Assembly (NCBI GenBank): GCA_024626585.2
Contig: JANKJI020000004.1
Span: 94,400,967-94,418,496 of the forward strand
Length of the DNA stretch: 17,530 nt
Reading direction: 5' to 3'
Source of the DNA: Ginkgo biloba
Lineage: Eukaryota > Plantae > Ginkgophyta
The position numbers were made by a program, and so were the translations under genes. The notes beneath the pieces were generated by a model, which did no database searches, was not told where the DNA came from, and saw only the letters and a list, made by a program, of their open reading frames with translations. Shown here piece after piece: positions 1 through 8,908 of the stretch. Every line of letters starts with the position of its first letter. Position 1 is the first letter of the stretch.

Positions 1-343
1 CCTCCATGTGTGCATTTGTGCATGCCCCATATTGGAGATGATTAAGGAGCTCCACCAAAGCAACAATAGGGCAATGATGAACAAGCCCCAATAGATGAAG
101 GGCCATCTAAGCAACCCTCTAGTCAACCAAGCAACAAGGATGATGTTGATGATTCCCCTTCTCTCCAATTGTTGCCTCAAAACTGATTTGTGGTTCTATG
201 CATTTGTCTCCATTGTTTCCTTGAAGCTTTCATTTTTGAGTTTGTTGGTGCCCTTGAGACTATTTTTAGGGTTGGTGGTGCCCTTGGCGATTAGTATTGT
301 ATTAGTATTAGAAAGATGTGATTAGCACAAAATCTCATGGGTG
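1..343 (+). mobile_element. Possible 3' internal end of an LTR retrotransposon (acidic low-complexity ORF tail, UTR, degenerate PPT-like junction)
   Basis: One + frame reads HIGDD*GAPPKQQ*GNDEQAPIDEGPSKQPSSQPSNKDDVDDSPSLQLLPQN*. It is followed by a T-rich segment and CACAAAATCTCATGGGTG-TGT (~326-346), just before the purine-rich block. No diagnostic domain. Confidence 0.25.
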
Positions 344-419
344 TGTGTTCACCAATTCAAAATTAAATATTTTCTATTTGATGAGAACATATTTACAATT
401 GGAAAAAATGACTTTGGGA

Positions 420-1230
420 TAGAGAAAAGGAAGATTAAGGGTCAAGCAAGACCTTAGGGAAGTGAAAGGGAAGAGTAAGAAATGAGATTTTGGATAACGG
501 AAAGAGAAACACATTTTGGAACAAGAGAAGGGAAGAGAACAAGGCAAGAACAACCTTGGAAGAAGGAAAAGAAAGATTGTAAAGAAACAAGGCTTTAGGA
601 GAGGAGAGGAGTAAAAGGCCTTAAAACTTCAAGCGAAGGGAGGAGAAAAGGTTAAACAAGGATATGAAAAAGGGATAGGAAAAAGTCAAAAAAACATTTG
701 GAACCAAGATGAGTAAGACACAAGTAAGAAAGTGGAAGAAGAAAAAGTGACTGGACAAAAGGCAAGCAACACATGGGAAGAAAAGAAAGTGAATATTGAA
801 GATCAAGCAAAATTTGGATAAATAACAAAGGAAAGGAAAGCAAGATGTTGGGGGAGAGGAAAGAAAGAGTTAGATGTAACCAATCCTTCACAAGGAGGAA
901 AAAGCAGGTTTAAATGTCAAGCAAGACATCGGGGCATCAAAATGGAGTGTAAAAGGCAAGACTGAAGACTTCGGGAGAAAGGAAAAGAAAGAGTAAATGT
1001 CAAGCAACACATTAGGGATGAAGAAACAAAGGAGTAGAAAGAAAGTAAAAGTTTTGAGATGAGAAAGCAAAGGTAGAACAAAGTGCAAGAAGAGCTCTGA
1101 CCAGCCACGAGGAAGAAACAAAGAATGTCTTGATGCAAAGAAACAGGACAGAATCAAAGAAACCAAAAACCAAATATGAAAGAGGGACATTTGGCAAAAG
1201 AAAAATTAACAAAGATGAACAAAAAGAAGG
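420..1230 (+). repeat. Strongly purine-biased, degenerate tandem-repeat region (probably LTR U3 or TE-internal minisatellite)
   Basis: A/G-rich + strand with a recurring motif like CAAGCAA(G/C)AC(A/C)TT(A/G)GG at ~441, 541, 686, 759, 801, 838, 913 and 995. The minus-strand F/L/S-rich ORFs here are compositional artefacts. Confidence 0.6.
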
Positions 1231-1386
1231 AATTTAGCCTTGCAAAAAAAGCAAAATATATGAAAAATATTTCATACATCCCTTCACGAGTAAAGCTTGT
1301 GAAACACTAAATCTGAAAGTATATATGTTAAAAGGATTGCATCTTAAAAAATTGGACTTACATCCCTGAAAGTGACAAAGGCATAC

Positions 1387-1460
1387 CTGGACTTCAGCTT
1401 TGGAAATCCTACCGAAAATGTTCATAGCACCATTTACATCACCAAATGAAGCAGCCATGT
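1387..1460 (-). CDS. Exon (acceptor in gap 1461-1490): MAASFGDVNGAMNIFGRISKAEVQ
   Basis: Only open frame of three; strong donor CAG|GTATGC; polypyrimidine tract just upstream of the gap. Confidence 0.65.
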
Positions 1461-2014
1461 NNNNNNNNNNNNNNNNNNNNNNNNNNNNNNAATAAAAAAA
1501 GAAAACCTTTTTAAAGTACCACTACTTGGCTTACCCACATTTTTTGATGGAGAAACCAGCACCACCTAGTCATGCCAACAGGAAGACCTCTACAATCCTC
1601 ACCTTAACGAGGATGGAAGAACTTTAAAAAATTTTAAAAACTAGTGCATTGAAAGGAGCATACACAAGCAAAATGAAGAAAAATAGATTCTTTGCTCTCT
1701 TCAACCTTTTTTAGAAACAGCACTCTTCCTGCACAAATCAACTCTCTACAGGCCCACTTGGCAGGAGTGGGATGAGATGACTCTAACGAACATACATCAC
1801 AATTGCGACCATCAAAAACCTACTAATAGCCAAAGCAATACCTTTCCAAGTGGTTAAAAGACTTCTCAGAAGTCTCAATGCAATAACCAAAAAACAAAAG
1901 ACCATACCGAAACCACCACTAGGGGCTTCGGAGGACAACAGATTAAATGGAAAAGGGCTCCTCAAATGCACTCTCAACTTGGATGTTACAAGTCATTCTT
2001 AACAACAGACATGC

Positions 2015-2140
2015 CTTTGCACCATTGTGCAACCCCATCATCACTATTAGGTAAATCAATCATAACATGTCCTTAATATGCACATATACAACAAATGATC
2101 GACTCTTCACCAATCCTAACATTGTCGGACAAGGACCCTC
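2015..2140 (-). CDS. Two putative micro-exons: 2140-2121 (20 bp) and 2043-2015 (29 bp), encoding EGPCPTI-DDGVAQWCK
   Basis: First: acceptor TTTCTGCTTCATAG| after a 68-bp intron, donor AT|GTTAGG. Second: acceptor TTACCTAATAG| after a 77-bp intron, donor AAG|GCATGT. Phases 0,2,1 keep the frame open. Confidence 0.4.
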
Positions 2141-2208
2141 CTATGAAGCAGAAATATTAAGTTCACAGATCGCTGGAATGATACCAATGCATGTTAGGAA
2201 GAACTGAC

Positions 2209-2306
2209 CTTGAAGCAAGCAACCAAAACAATCCTTGGCACTTGTAGACCTATTGGCACAGCATATCCAGCATACCTTTGTGCTGCAAGGAGCATCTTGT
2301 AGGAAA
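2209..2306 (-). CDS. 98-bp exon: (V)SYKMLLAAQRYAGYAVPIGLQVPRIVLVACFK
   Basis: Acceptor TTTCTGCTCAG| and donor AAG|GTCAGT. The split codon G|TT matches the upstream exon. Confidence 0.75.
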
Positions 2307-3493
2307 CTGAGCAGAAACTTCAATTTTTCAAACCCATTCACGAAGGAAGAAATCCATCAAGATAGGCAAGGAAAATAATACAGCACAGGAGGACTAATTT
2401 ACAATGACAAAATTACATTCTTCTCCAAATAGAATAGTCTTTCAAACAATGTTGTAAAAATCCACTGAATCTTCCTACAACTTCTAAAATCATATTTACA
2501 GTGATTTTGTTGGGTTTTGAAAGCATGACACCAATATCAATGTAGCTTTAACAAATCACTGCGACTTGTCTCAGAGCAAATTCAAACAGGGAAACTCTTT
2601 TTTTTTTTTTTTTTGTAGCAAAACAATTTCATATATTGCATCTCTCCACCATCTGCATTTCTGCACTGTTAAACACTATTTGCAGGAAGAAAGAGAATTC
2701 TCAGTTTTCTGAAAATTGTNNNNNNNNNNNNNNNNNNNNNNNNNNNNNNNNNNNNNNNNNNNNNNNNNNNNNNNNNNNNNNNNNNNNNNNNNNNNNNNNN
2801 NNNNNNNNNNNNNNNNNNNGTTTTTAGCTATTAGGCAATTTTGAAACCCCATTTTTGAAGAAAAACTTGAAGAAATCCGAGTTTGAAGTTGTGAGACCAT
2901 TTTAGAATGTTTATATGCTTTTCTTGTAGGTTTATCAAACTAGTGTGACCTGAATGCTTAGGCACTCCAAGTTTACCAAGGCTAGCCATTGGTTTGAAAG
3001 TCACAAGGTCATTTGTGTGGACGTCTGATAGGATCCAATGTCCATGGATGGCTACTCAGATTGGGAACCTAGGGCTTGAATACCTTGTGAGTTTCCGGAC
3101 CCTTAAAATATTTTTAGGGTTATTTGTAGCAGAAACAATGATATATGTTTAGCACCTGTCAATTTCAAGTTCTATCCAACACTGAAGCTCTTTAACAAAT
3201 GCATTCTGTGGCCATAGCACTGTGTACAATTTGTTCCCTGAAAATTTAACATATTGCCCAAAAATATGAAGCTAGATCACACAAGACATAAGCATGACCT
3301 GGAAAATAGTACTCCAATAAACCATGGACCAACACTAATGCACCGAAAACCTCCACAATACATAAAAAAGGAACATATACTGTTATATGTGATGAAAACC
3401 ATATATTAACCAACTCGACTAGTGCATATTAATTTTACATCAAATTGTGGAGTGCTCTGAAACATCATCATAATATAGCATTTAGAGCCATAC

Positions 3494-3694
3494 CTTTATT
3501 GATACCCAGATCTGCTGCAGTGATAAAGCTCTGCTACTGTTGGAGGGCCTCGAATTCTCCTGATTGCTTGACATTTTTCCACCCCGGTACCAATATTATA
3601 GCCCAGTATTTGCTGGTCTGGCCAATATCCAGAGCCTCAATTGTGAGGTGATAATCATCCCAGCAAATCCTTTCTGTTGTTCTCTCACCACTTT
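3494..3694 (-). CDS. 201-bp exon containing premature TAG at 3536-3534
   Basis: Acceptor CCCCTTGTGTTTTAG| and donor AAG|GTATGG. The frame fixed by both neighbouring exons is open except for one TAG. Confidence 0.75.
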
Positions 3695-3811
3695 CTAAAA
3701 CACAAGGGGTAGGATTTTATTGCTTTGTGGCATAAAAAAACAAGACAATGGTATATTAACAAAGAGCATATAATATAGTAATGGCTTCCAAGAGCAAGCT
3801 TGATTATCTGC

Positions 3812-3867
3812 CTGAAGGCGGCCATATCATGATGGAGCCAAGTCCCAAGTTAAATCCAAGGGTTAAT
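3812..3867 (-). CDS. 56-bp exon: (R)LTLGFNLGLGSIMIWPPS(E)
   Basis: Acceptor TAG at 3870-3868. It bridges phase 2 to phase 1 exactly if CAG|GCAGAT is used as a GC donor. Confidence 0.55.
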
Positions 3868-4081
3868 CTAGTAATCAAATATACAAGATATTTCTACTAT
3901 TGATTATCAAGTCTTATATAAATTGTTACGCTGGTGTTCCATCTTCTCAGAGCTCTAAACACAATCTCCTGTTCAAAAGAGCACCTAGTTCCCTAAAATA
4001 TTTTGAGATAGTGTATTATTATATACATGGGGCTTACATGCTAACCTAGTCTCTGATGTGAGCAACGGGGCCCACAATTAC

Positions 4082-4160
4082 CGAATGCTTGGATGAAGTA
4101 GTTTATGAAGAACTGTTGGTACAATAGCATGCACAAGAGACAATTCTTTGAGATTAAAAC
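4082..4160 (-). CDS. Exon (5' end in gap): FNLKELSLVHAIVPTVLHKLLHPSI(R)
   Basis: Open frame ending at donor CG|GTAATT (phase 2), followed by a 214-bp intron (3868-4081) ending TTACTAG. Confidence 0.6.
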
Positions 4161-4260
4161 NNNNNNNNNNNNNNNNNNNNNNNNNNNNNNNNNNNNNNNN
4201 NNNNNNNNNNNNNNNNNNNNNNNNNNNNNNNNNNNNNNNNNNNNNNNNNNNNNNNNNNNN

Positions 4261-4548
4261 CTCTGATCCAAGGAAATATGTAATGTATATCCGAACCAGC
4301 AAGGGTGACAACATTGTGAAGGTTTTCACCAACAAGGCATGCCACCCTGCCAGAACCATGAACTCCTCCTGATTTCCTTGTTTTGGATATCGATGTAAAG
4401 AACCAAAAGTAACCAAATATAGGAGGGAGAGCCTTCTCAGGACTCATGAATCTCTGAAGAAAATGATGTCACGTCCTTGGATCACATCTTGGATCGATCC
4501 AATAGCAGACCACAGTAGGCCATTACAATTCCAACATGCTATATTAAG
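4261..4548 (-). pseudogene. LINE ORF2 apurinic-like endonuclease (EEP) N-terminus
   Basis: LNIACWNCNGL...DIIFF (frameshift) SPEKALPPIFGYFW...GGVHGSGRVACLV...WIR matches the EEP motifs WNxNGL, DIIxxxE, GY and GGVA. Confidence 0.8.
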
Positions 4549-4599
4549 TCAGTCAAGATGTCTAGTGGGAACTCTCCCTCCCGAGACCTAGGGTCAATT

Positions 4600-5420
4600 G
4601 GAGGGTGGCCACAGTCGAGTCCATCCTATAGGTGGGGAGTCTCTTATCTAAGCTCTACCATTGTGGATTACTGCCCATTTTTTGTTCTTTCTAGTCTCAA
4701 AAACATCAGCTCTAGCCTTCTTGAGTTCCTCCATTTGTAGGCGCATGAGATCCTTGTCCAAATAGGTTTTGTTTTCAAGAGTGAAGAGTTTCCTCTTAGC
4801 TCTCAAGGTAGTATGTTTATCTTCAAGAGACTTTAGATGAATTATGAGTGAAGAACCATGCTCTATTTGGTGTGATTGAGAGGCATAAAGTCTCTCAGAT
4901 AAATTTGATAACTGTATCCAAAGGGGCTTCAAATTTCGAAAGTCCTCTAACCCGGAGGTTTAGAGATTTGGTATGTCTTGCTCTCACTTTGTCGAATTTG
5001 GCTTGCACTTCCATTTCAACGATTGGTGGAGGTTTTTTCCCCTTAACAACCTGAATCCATGAGCTTTGTTCTTCAATTTGTTTCTGAATTTGTTCTTGTT
5101 TCAGTGTTGTCTCATTCTGGATAGCCTCTTGCTTAGATAAGAGTTCTTCTTGTTTGGTTTTCAATTCTGCCATCTCATTTTGGAAAGGGTTGTTGTCTTG
5201 TTCCTTTAGGTCTTTAATCTCTTCTTGTAGAACTTGGCTCCTTGAAGATCTGTTGACAATTGGGAATTCTCTTACTACAATTTTAGGACTGTTTCCTAAA
5301 ATTCATTGATAACATTGGAGATTTTATTAAGAATTGCCTCTAGGTTGTCAACCCAGGAAGAAAGCCTCTGAATTTCTTAAGTACTCTTTGCATTCTTAGA
5401 GAATATTGATCTGGGAGAGG
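4600..5420 (-). pseudogene. LINE ORF1 remnant (coiled coil, RRM-like NLRVRGL, C-terminal YLDKDL domain)
   Basis: ORF pieces 4895-5173 and 4648-4932: E/Q/K-rich heptads, SWIQVVKG, SLNLRVRGL, TLRAKRKL, TYLDKDLMRLQMEELKKAR, KWAVIHNGRA*IRDSPPIGW. Stops and a frameshift near 4860. Confidence 0.75.
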
Positions 5421-5574
5421 CTAATTTGCTAGAAAAAATCAATCTAACTTCAGAAACCCAACCTCATAAACCTAGCTTTAGCAATCCACTACATAAATCT
5501 GGCACTAGCTTTAGTATTCACTTCGAAAGGCTTCAACATTCATACTCTTACAAGAGTTTAACGTAGAAATTGCC

Positions 5575-6066
5575 AACTCTAAGATGAGGTAACCGAGCGA
5601 ATGCCCATCAATTACTCCAAAAATACACTTTAGAGGATTAAAGATATATGATATTGTCGACATCTCTTGAAAATGGCTCCAAGGTGGACTAAGTGGTCAA
5701 TGTTTTCTAATAAACAACTACTAAGGTCACCCATGTAGGCTTGGACAATGGACCCTAAAATGTCATGCAAGGCAACCATCATTGCCCTCTAATAAGTTGC
5801 CCTGCATTTAGAAGTCCAAATGGCATTTACCAATAAGCATATGTGGTGAGGTTTGTCTTGGTACAACCTTGCTCAACTAGAAGAACCTAGTTGTAACTAG
5901 AAAATCCATCCATCAAAGACATAATGATGTCACCAGTTGTGTAGTCTACAACATTGTTCATGAAGGGGAAAGGAAAATTATGCTTCAAGAAAACAAAACT
6001 CAAGTTCCTAAAATCCATGTAAATACGAACTACCTTGTTTCTCTTCAAGACTGAAACAATATTAGA
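5575..6066 (-). pseudogene. Ty3/gypsy reverse transcriptase remnant (Athila/Tat-like)
   Basis: SNIVSVLKRNKVVRIYMDFRNL...FPFP...MDGFSSYN*...MPFGLLNAG, then after a frameshift HDILGSIVQAYMGDL...HLVHLGAIFKRCRQYHISLNPLKCIFGV. The catalytic YxDD is mutated to YMGD (5737-5726). Confidence 0.9.
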
Positions 6067-7005
6067 NNNNNNNNNNNNNNNNNNNNNNNNNNNNNNNNNN
6101 NNNNNNNNNNNNNNNNNNNNNNNNNNNNNNNNNNNNNNNNNNNNNNNNNNNNNNNNNNNNNNNNNNNNNNNNNNNNNNNNNNNNNNNNNNNNNNNNNNNN
6201 NNNNNNNNNNNNNNNNNNNNNNNNNNNNNNNNNNNNNNNNNNNNNNNNNNNNNNNNNNNNNNNNNNNNNNNNNNNNNNNNNNNNNNNNNNNNNNNNNNNN
6301 NNNNNNNNNNNNNNNNNNNNNNNNNNNNNNNNNNNNNNNNNNNNNNNNNNNNNNNNNNNNNNNNNNNNNNNNNNNNNNNNNNNNNNNNNNNNNNNNNNNN
6401 NNNNNNNNNNNNNNNNNNNNNNNNNNNNNNNNNNNNNNNNNNNNNNNNNNNNNNNNNNNNNNNNNNNNNNNNNNNNNNNNNNNNNNNNNNNNNNNNNNNN
6501 NNNNNNNNNNNNNNNNNNNNNNNNNNNNNNNNNNNNNNNNNNNNNNNNNNNNNNNNNNNNNNNNNNNNNNNNNNNNNNNNNNNNNNNNNNNNNNNNNNNN
6601 NNNNNNNNNNNNNNNNNNNNNNNNNNNNNNNNNNNNNNNNNNNNNNNNNNNNNNNNNNNNNNNNNNNNNNNNNNNNNNNNNNNNNNNNNNNNNNNNNNNN
6701 NNNNNNNNNNNNNNNNNNNNNNNNNNNNNNNNNNNNNNNNNNNNNNNNNNNNNNNNNNNNNNNNNNNNNNNNNNNNNNNNNNNNNNNNNNNNNNNNNNNN
6801 NNNNNNNNNNNNNNNNNNNNNNNNNNNNNNNNNNNNNNNNNNNNNNNNNNNNNNNNNNNNNNNNNNNNNNNNNNNNNNNNNNNNNNNNNNNNNNNNNNNN
6901 NNNNNNNNNNNNNNNNNNNNNNNNNNNNNNNNNNNNNNNNNNNNNNNNNNNNNNNNNNNNNNNNNNNNNNNNNNNNNNNNNNNNNNNNNNNNNNNNNNNN
7001 NNNNN
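6067..7005. other. Assembly gap (largest of ten: 1461-1490, 2720-2819, 4161-4260, 6067-7005, 9210-9232, 9490-9519, 10077-10091, 11595-11647, 11934-12033, 15895-15994)
   Basis: Runs of N. Long ORFs spanning them are artefacts. Confidence 1.
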
Positions 7006-7199
7006 ACCACTCAAAAAAGAATGGTATGAAAAATACTATCCTTCCCAATGGCAATTCCCAAAGGCATAGGGAGAAACTAAAATAAAATAAAAACTCTTTC
7101 CTCACTCTCAATTCTAATTTCCATTCCCTTTATTTCCCCAACTAGAGAAAAGATAATTTATAAACAAGAAAAGAAATTAGAATATGAAATCAAATAAAG

Positions 7200-7663
7200 A
7201 AATAAAAAATAATCAAGACCAAATCCCTAATTACAATTCTCTTGAAATTACACAAGAGAATGAAATCTTATAGGTACAAATCTCCTAAAAAATGGGCAGA
7301 GTTTTCCCTTATCTTGATCAAAATTATAAAACTTTAGAATTGGATAAAAACTAATTATTAAATTTTACAATAAAATATAGATCACAATAATATCTCTCTT
7401 AGTAATTCATCAAAATGATTTAATAAATCAATAAAATAAATCATGAAAGAAAATACACAAGCATTCAAAATGAAATGTTTTCCTTTTCTTTGAATTTCAA
7501 ATATATACCAATGCTAAACTATCAAAAAGGAAATAAGGTATTGCTCACCAATGATTGAACCATCTCCCTTTAAATAGGTACATATGTCCCTAGCTCTATC
7601 TAGCATGGCATTAAGATTCACCCCTAGATTTAAAGGTCCTATAATTATCTAAGGTATGGCCAT
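7200..7663 (-). pseudogene. Degenerate Ty3/gypsy gag N-terminus
   Basis: ATG at 7663; GPLNLGVNLNAMLDRARDICTYLKGDGSIIGEQYLISF resembles the PLNL..L..MP....P.F.GDG....EH gag start. It lies downstream of an LTR end on the same strand as the RT at 5575-6066. Confidence 0.55.
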
Positions 7664-7851
7664 GGCTCTTATAATTATAAGTTTTGAATAGAGATAAAAT
7701 GAGAAATTAAAGTAGAATATACCTTTTGATCTTTCTCTTATCTTTTCTTCCTTCTTTGAGATTCTTAACAACTACCCCAACCTTCTAAGAATTCTCACAA
7801 GTTCACTAGAGAGTTGGTCTTTATGTCATTCCCTAGTATGGTTGATAGTTC

Positions 7852-8905
7852 TGTTGATACAAATTTTGTGCACCGTTGATAGAGAAAAGATTTGACTATA
7901 TATTTTCCCTACGAGTAATGCTACAAAATCAGTAATAGAGGGGAATATGAACATCCTTTTCTATTTTGAGGGGCGACTCCCTTATTGAAAGAAAGGAAAA
8001 TCTATAATAATGTGAGGTGACATTTACAATGGATATCCACACTATACAGGTGGGGTTTGCCATTTTTTCTTTTTGGTTTTGTTTAATAGAAAGAGTAAAA
8101 AATATCAAATAGAATAAGAAACATGAGGGAAACTAAGATATGGAAATCTGTTACTAGAGTTGATGGTGCACCAATAATAGAGCAATGTTTAGATGATAAT
8201 AAAAGAAAGGAAAAAAGAAACACAATAGGGAGAATACATGATCGTCATCGAAGAAACCTTTGTTTTGAATACCCTCTTAAAAGGTATCATGGTAGCATAA
8301 AGTGAAACCCTTTAAGTAATTATTAATACAGGGGGACGATCTGACATACTATTCAAATAGGGTTCACAAGTAGTGCTCAATAAACCCAGGTAGAATGGTA
8401 CATCTAATAACTTAACACATTAACCAACAATGCTTGATGAAGGTGCTTCCTATTCATGATAGTGCATACCTTAAATGGTCCTATGGTTTTCAGACAATCT
8501 ATGTCTTTGGGGGTGAGTTGAGTCAAGAACAAACATTCATTGGGCTATATCATTGGCCAATGAAGGGAAAACTCCTCAAACTTTAAGGTATGTCTTCCTT
8601 TGGTTGGAATAACCCCCAAGCATATCAAGCATCGACATACTCATAGGCAATCCCTCAAAGCCCCTAGCTAAAACATAGGAATTTGGCATTAAGTTCATTG
8701 GTTTGAGGGGGGGATAACTCTTTAAGGTGATGAGTTTTGGATCAATAGAGGGATACCTACCCAAGGATTTTTCTTTGTTGCATGTGGGCCTGAGGCGCTC
8801 CATCCATTACCTTAATTAAGAAGGGATCTAACCAATCAGTGGATACCATATAATGTGATTTGGAGATTTTGGTGGATTTGATTACTTAAGTGGTTATTGC
8901 ACCTC
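7852..8905 (-). mobile_element. 5' LTR (3' part) of the minus-strand gypsy element, with degenerate PBS at ~7830-7851
   Basis: Terminus TGTTGA at 7852 (...TCAACA on minus), followed by GAACTATCAACCATACTAGGGA, a decayed tRNA-Arg-type PBS. The distal boundary is uncertain. Confidence 0.5.
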
Positions 8906-8908
8906 TCA

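Larger units (their letters stand above)
1387..4160 (-). pseudogene. Multi-exon host gene fragment (unassigned protein) with an in-frame stop; probable pseudogene or damaged allele
   Basis: Exons 4160-4082, 3867-3812, 3694-3494 and 2306-2209 join in phase (2,1,1). Putative exons 2140-2121, 2043-2015 and 1460-1387 extend it. Peptide: FNLKELSLVHAIVPTVLHKLLHPSIRLTLGFNLGLGSIMIWPPSESGERTTERICWDDYHLTIEALDIGQTSKYWAIILVPGWKNVKQSGEFEALQQ*QSFITAADLGINKVSYKMLLAAQRYAGYAVPIGLQVPRIVLVACFK-EGPCPTIDDGVAQWCK...MAASFGDVNGAMNIFGRISKAEVQ. Confidence 0.75.
4261..5575 (-). mobile_element. 5' portion of a non-LTR retrotransposon (LINE): 5' UTR, ORF1 and start of ORF2 endonuclease
   Basis: A coiled-coil-rich ORF1 is followed by an APE-type endonuclease N-terminus. 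The element is degenerate and runs into a 100-N gap. Confidence 0.85.

Noticed and set aside
621-1212. Hydrophobic F/L/S-rich minus-strand ORFs resembling membrane proteins
   Set aside because: By-product of the pyrimidine-rich minus strand; several overlapping frames look the same.
420-1230. CRISPR-like spaced repeats
   Set aside because: Units are degenerate and irregularly spaced, the context is eukaryotic, and there are no cas genes.
1491-1980. Possible TE fragment or 64-aa ORF (1783-1977) within an intron
   Set aside because: No recognisable domain, termini or splice-consistent frame.
2015-2306. Resemblance of LLAAQRYAGYAVPIGLQ...LVACFKEGPCPT to the class V PLP aminotransferase motif DAAQ..G..PID....D.LV.S.HK..GP.G.G
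   Set aside because: The key Asp and the S-x-H residues are absent and spacing is off. Not assignable without a profile search.
2141-2341. Cys-rich 66-aa ORF
   Set aside because: Alternative frame over the 2306-2209 exon and intron sequence; the splice phases select a different frame.
3445-3651. 68-aa + strand ORF
   Set aside because: Antisense shadow of the 3694-3494 exon.
5887-7111. 321-375 aa ORFs in the ORF track
   Set aside because: Almost entirely N. Only the RT piece at 5887-6066 is real.
8123-8803. Short ORFs 8123-8305 and 8576-8803
   Set aside because: They lie within probable LTR sequence and show no domain signal.
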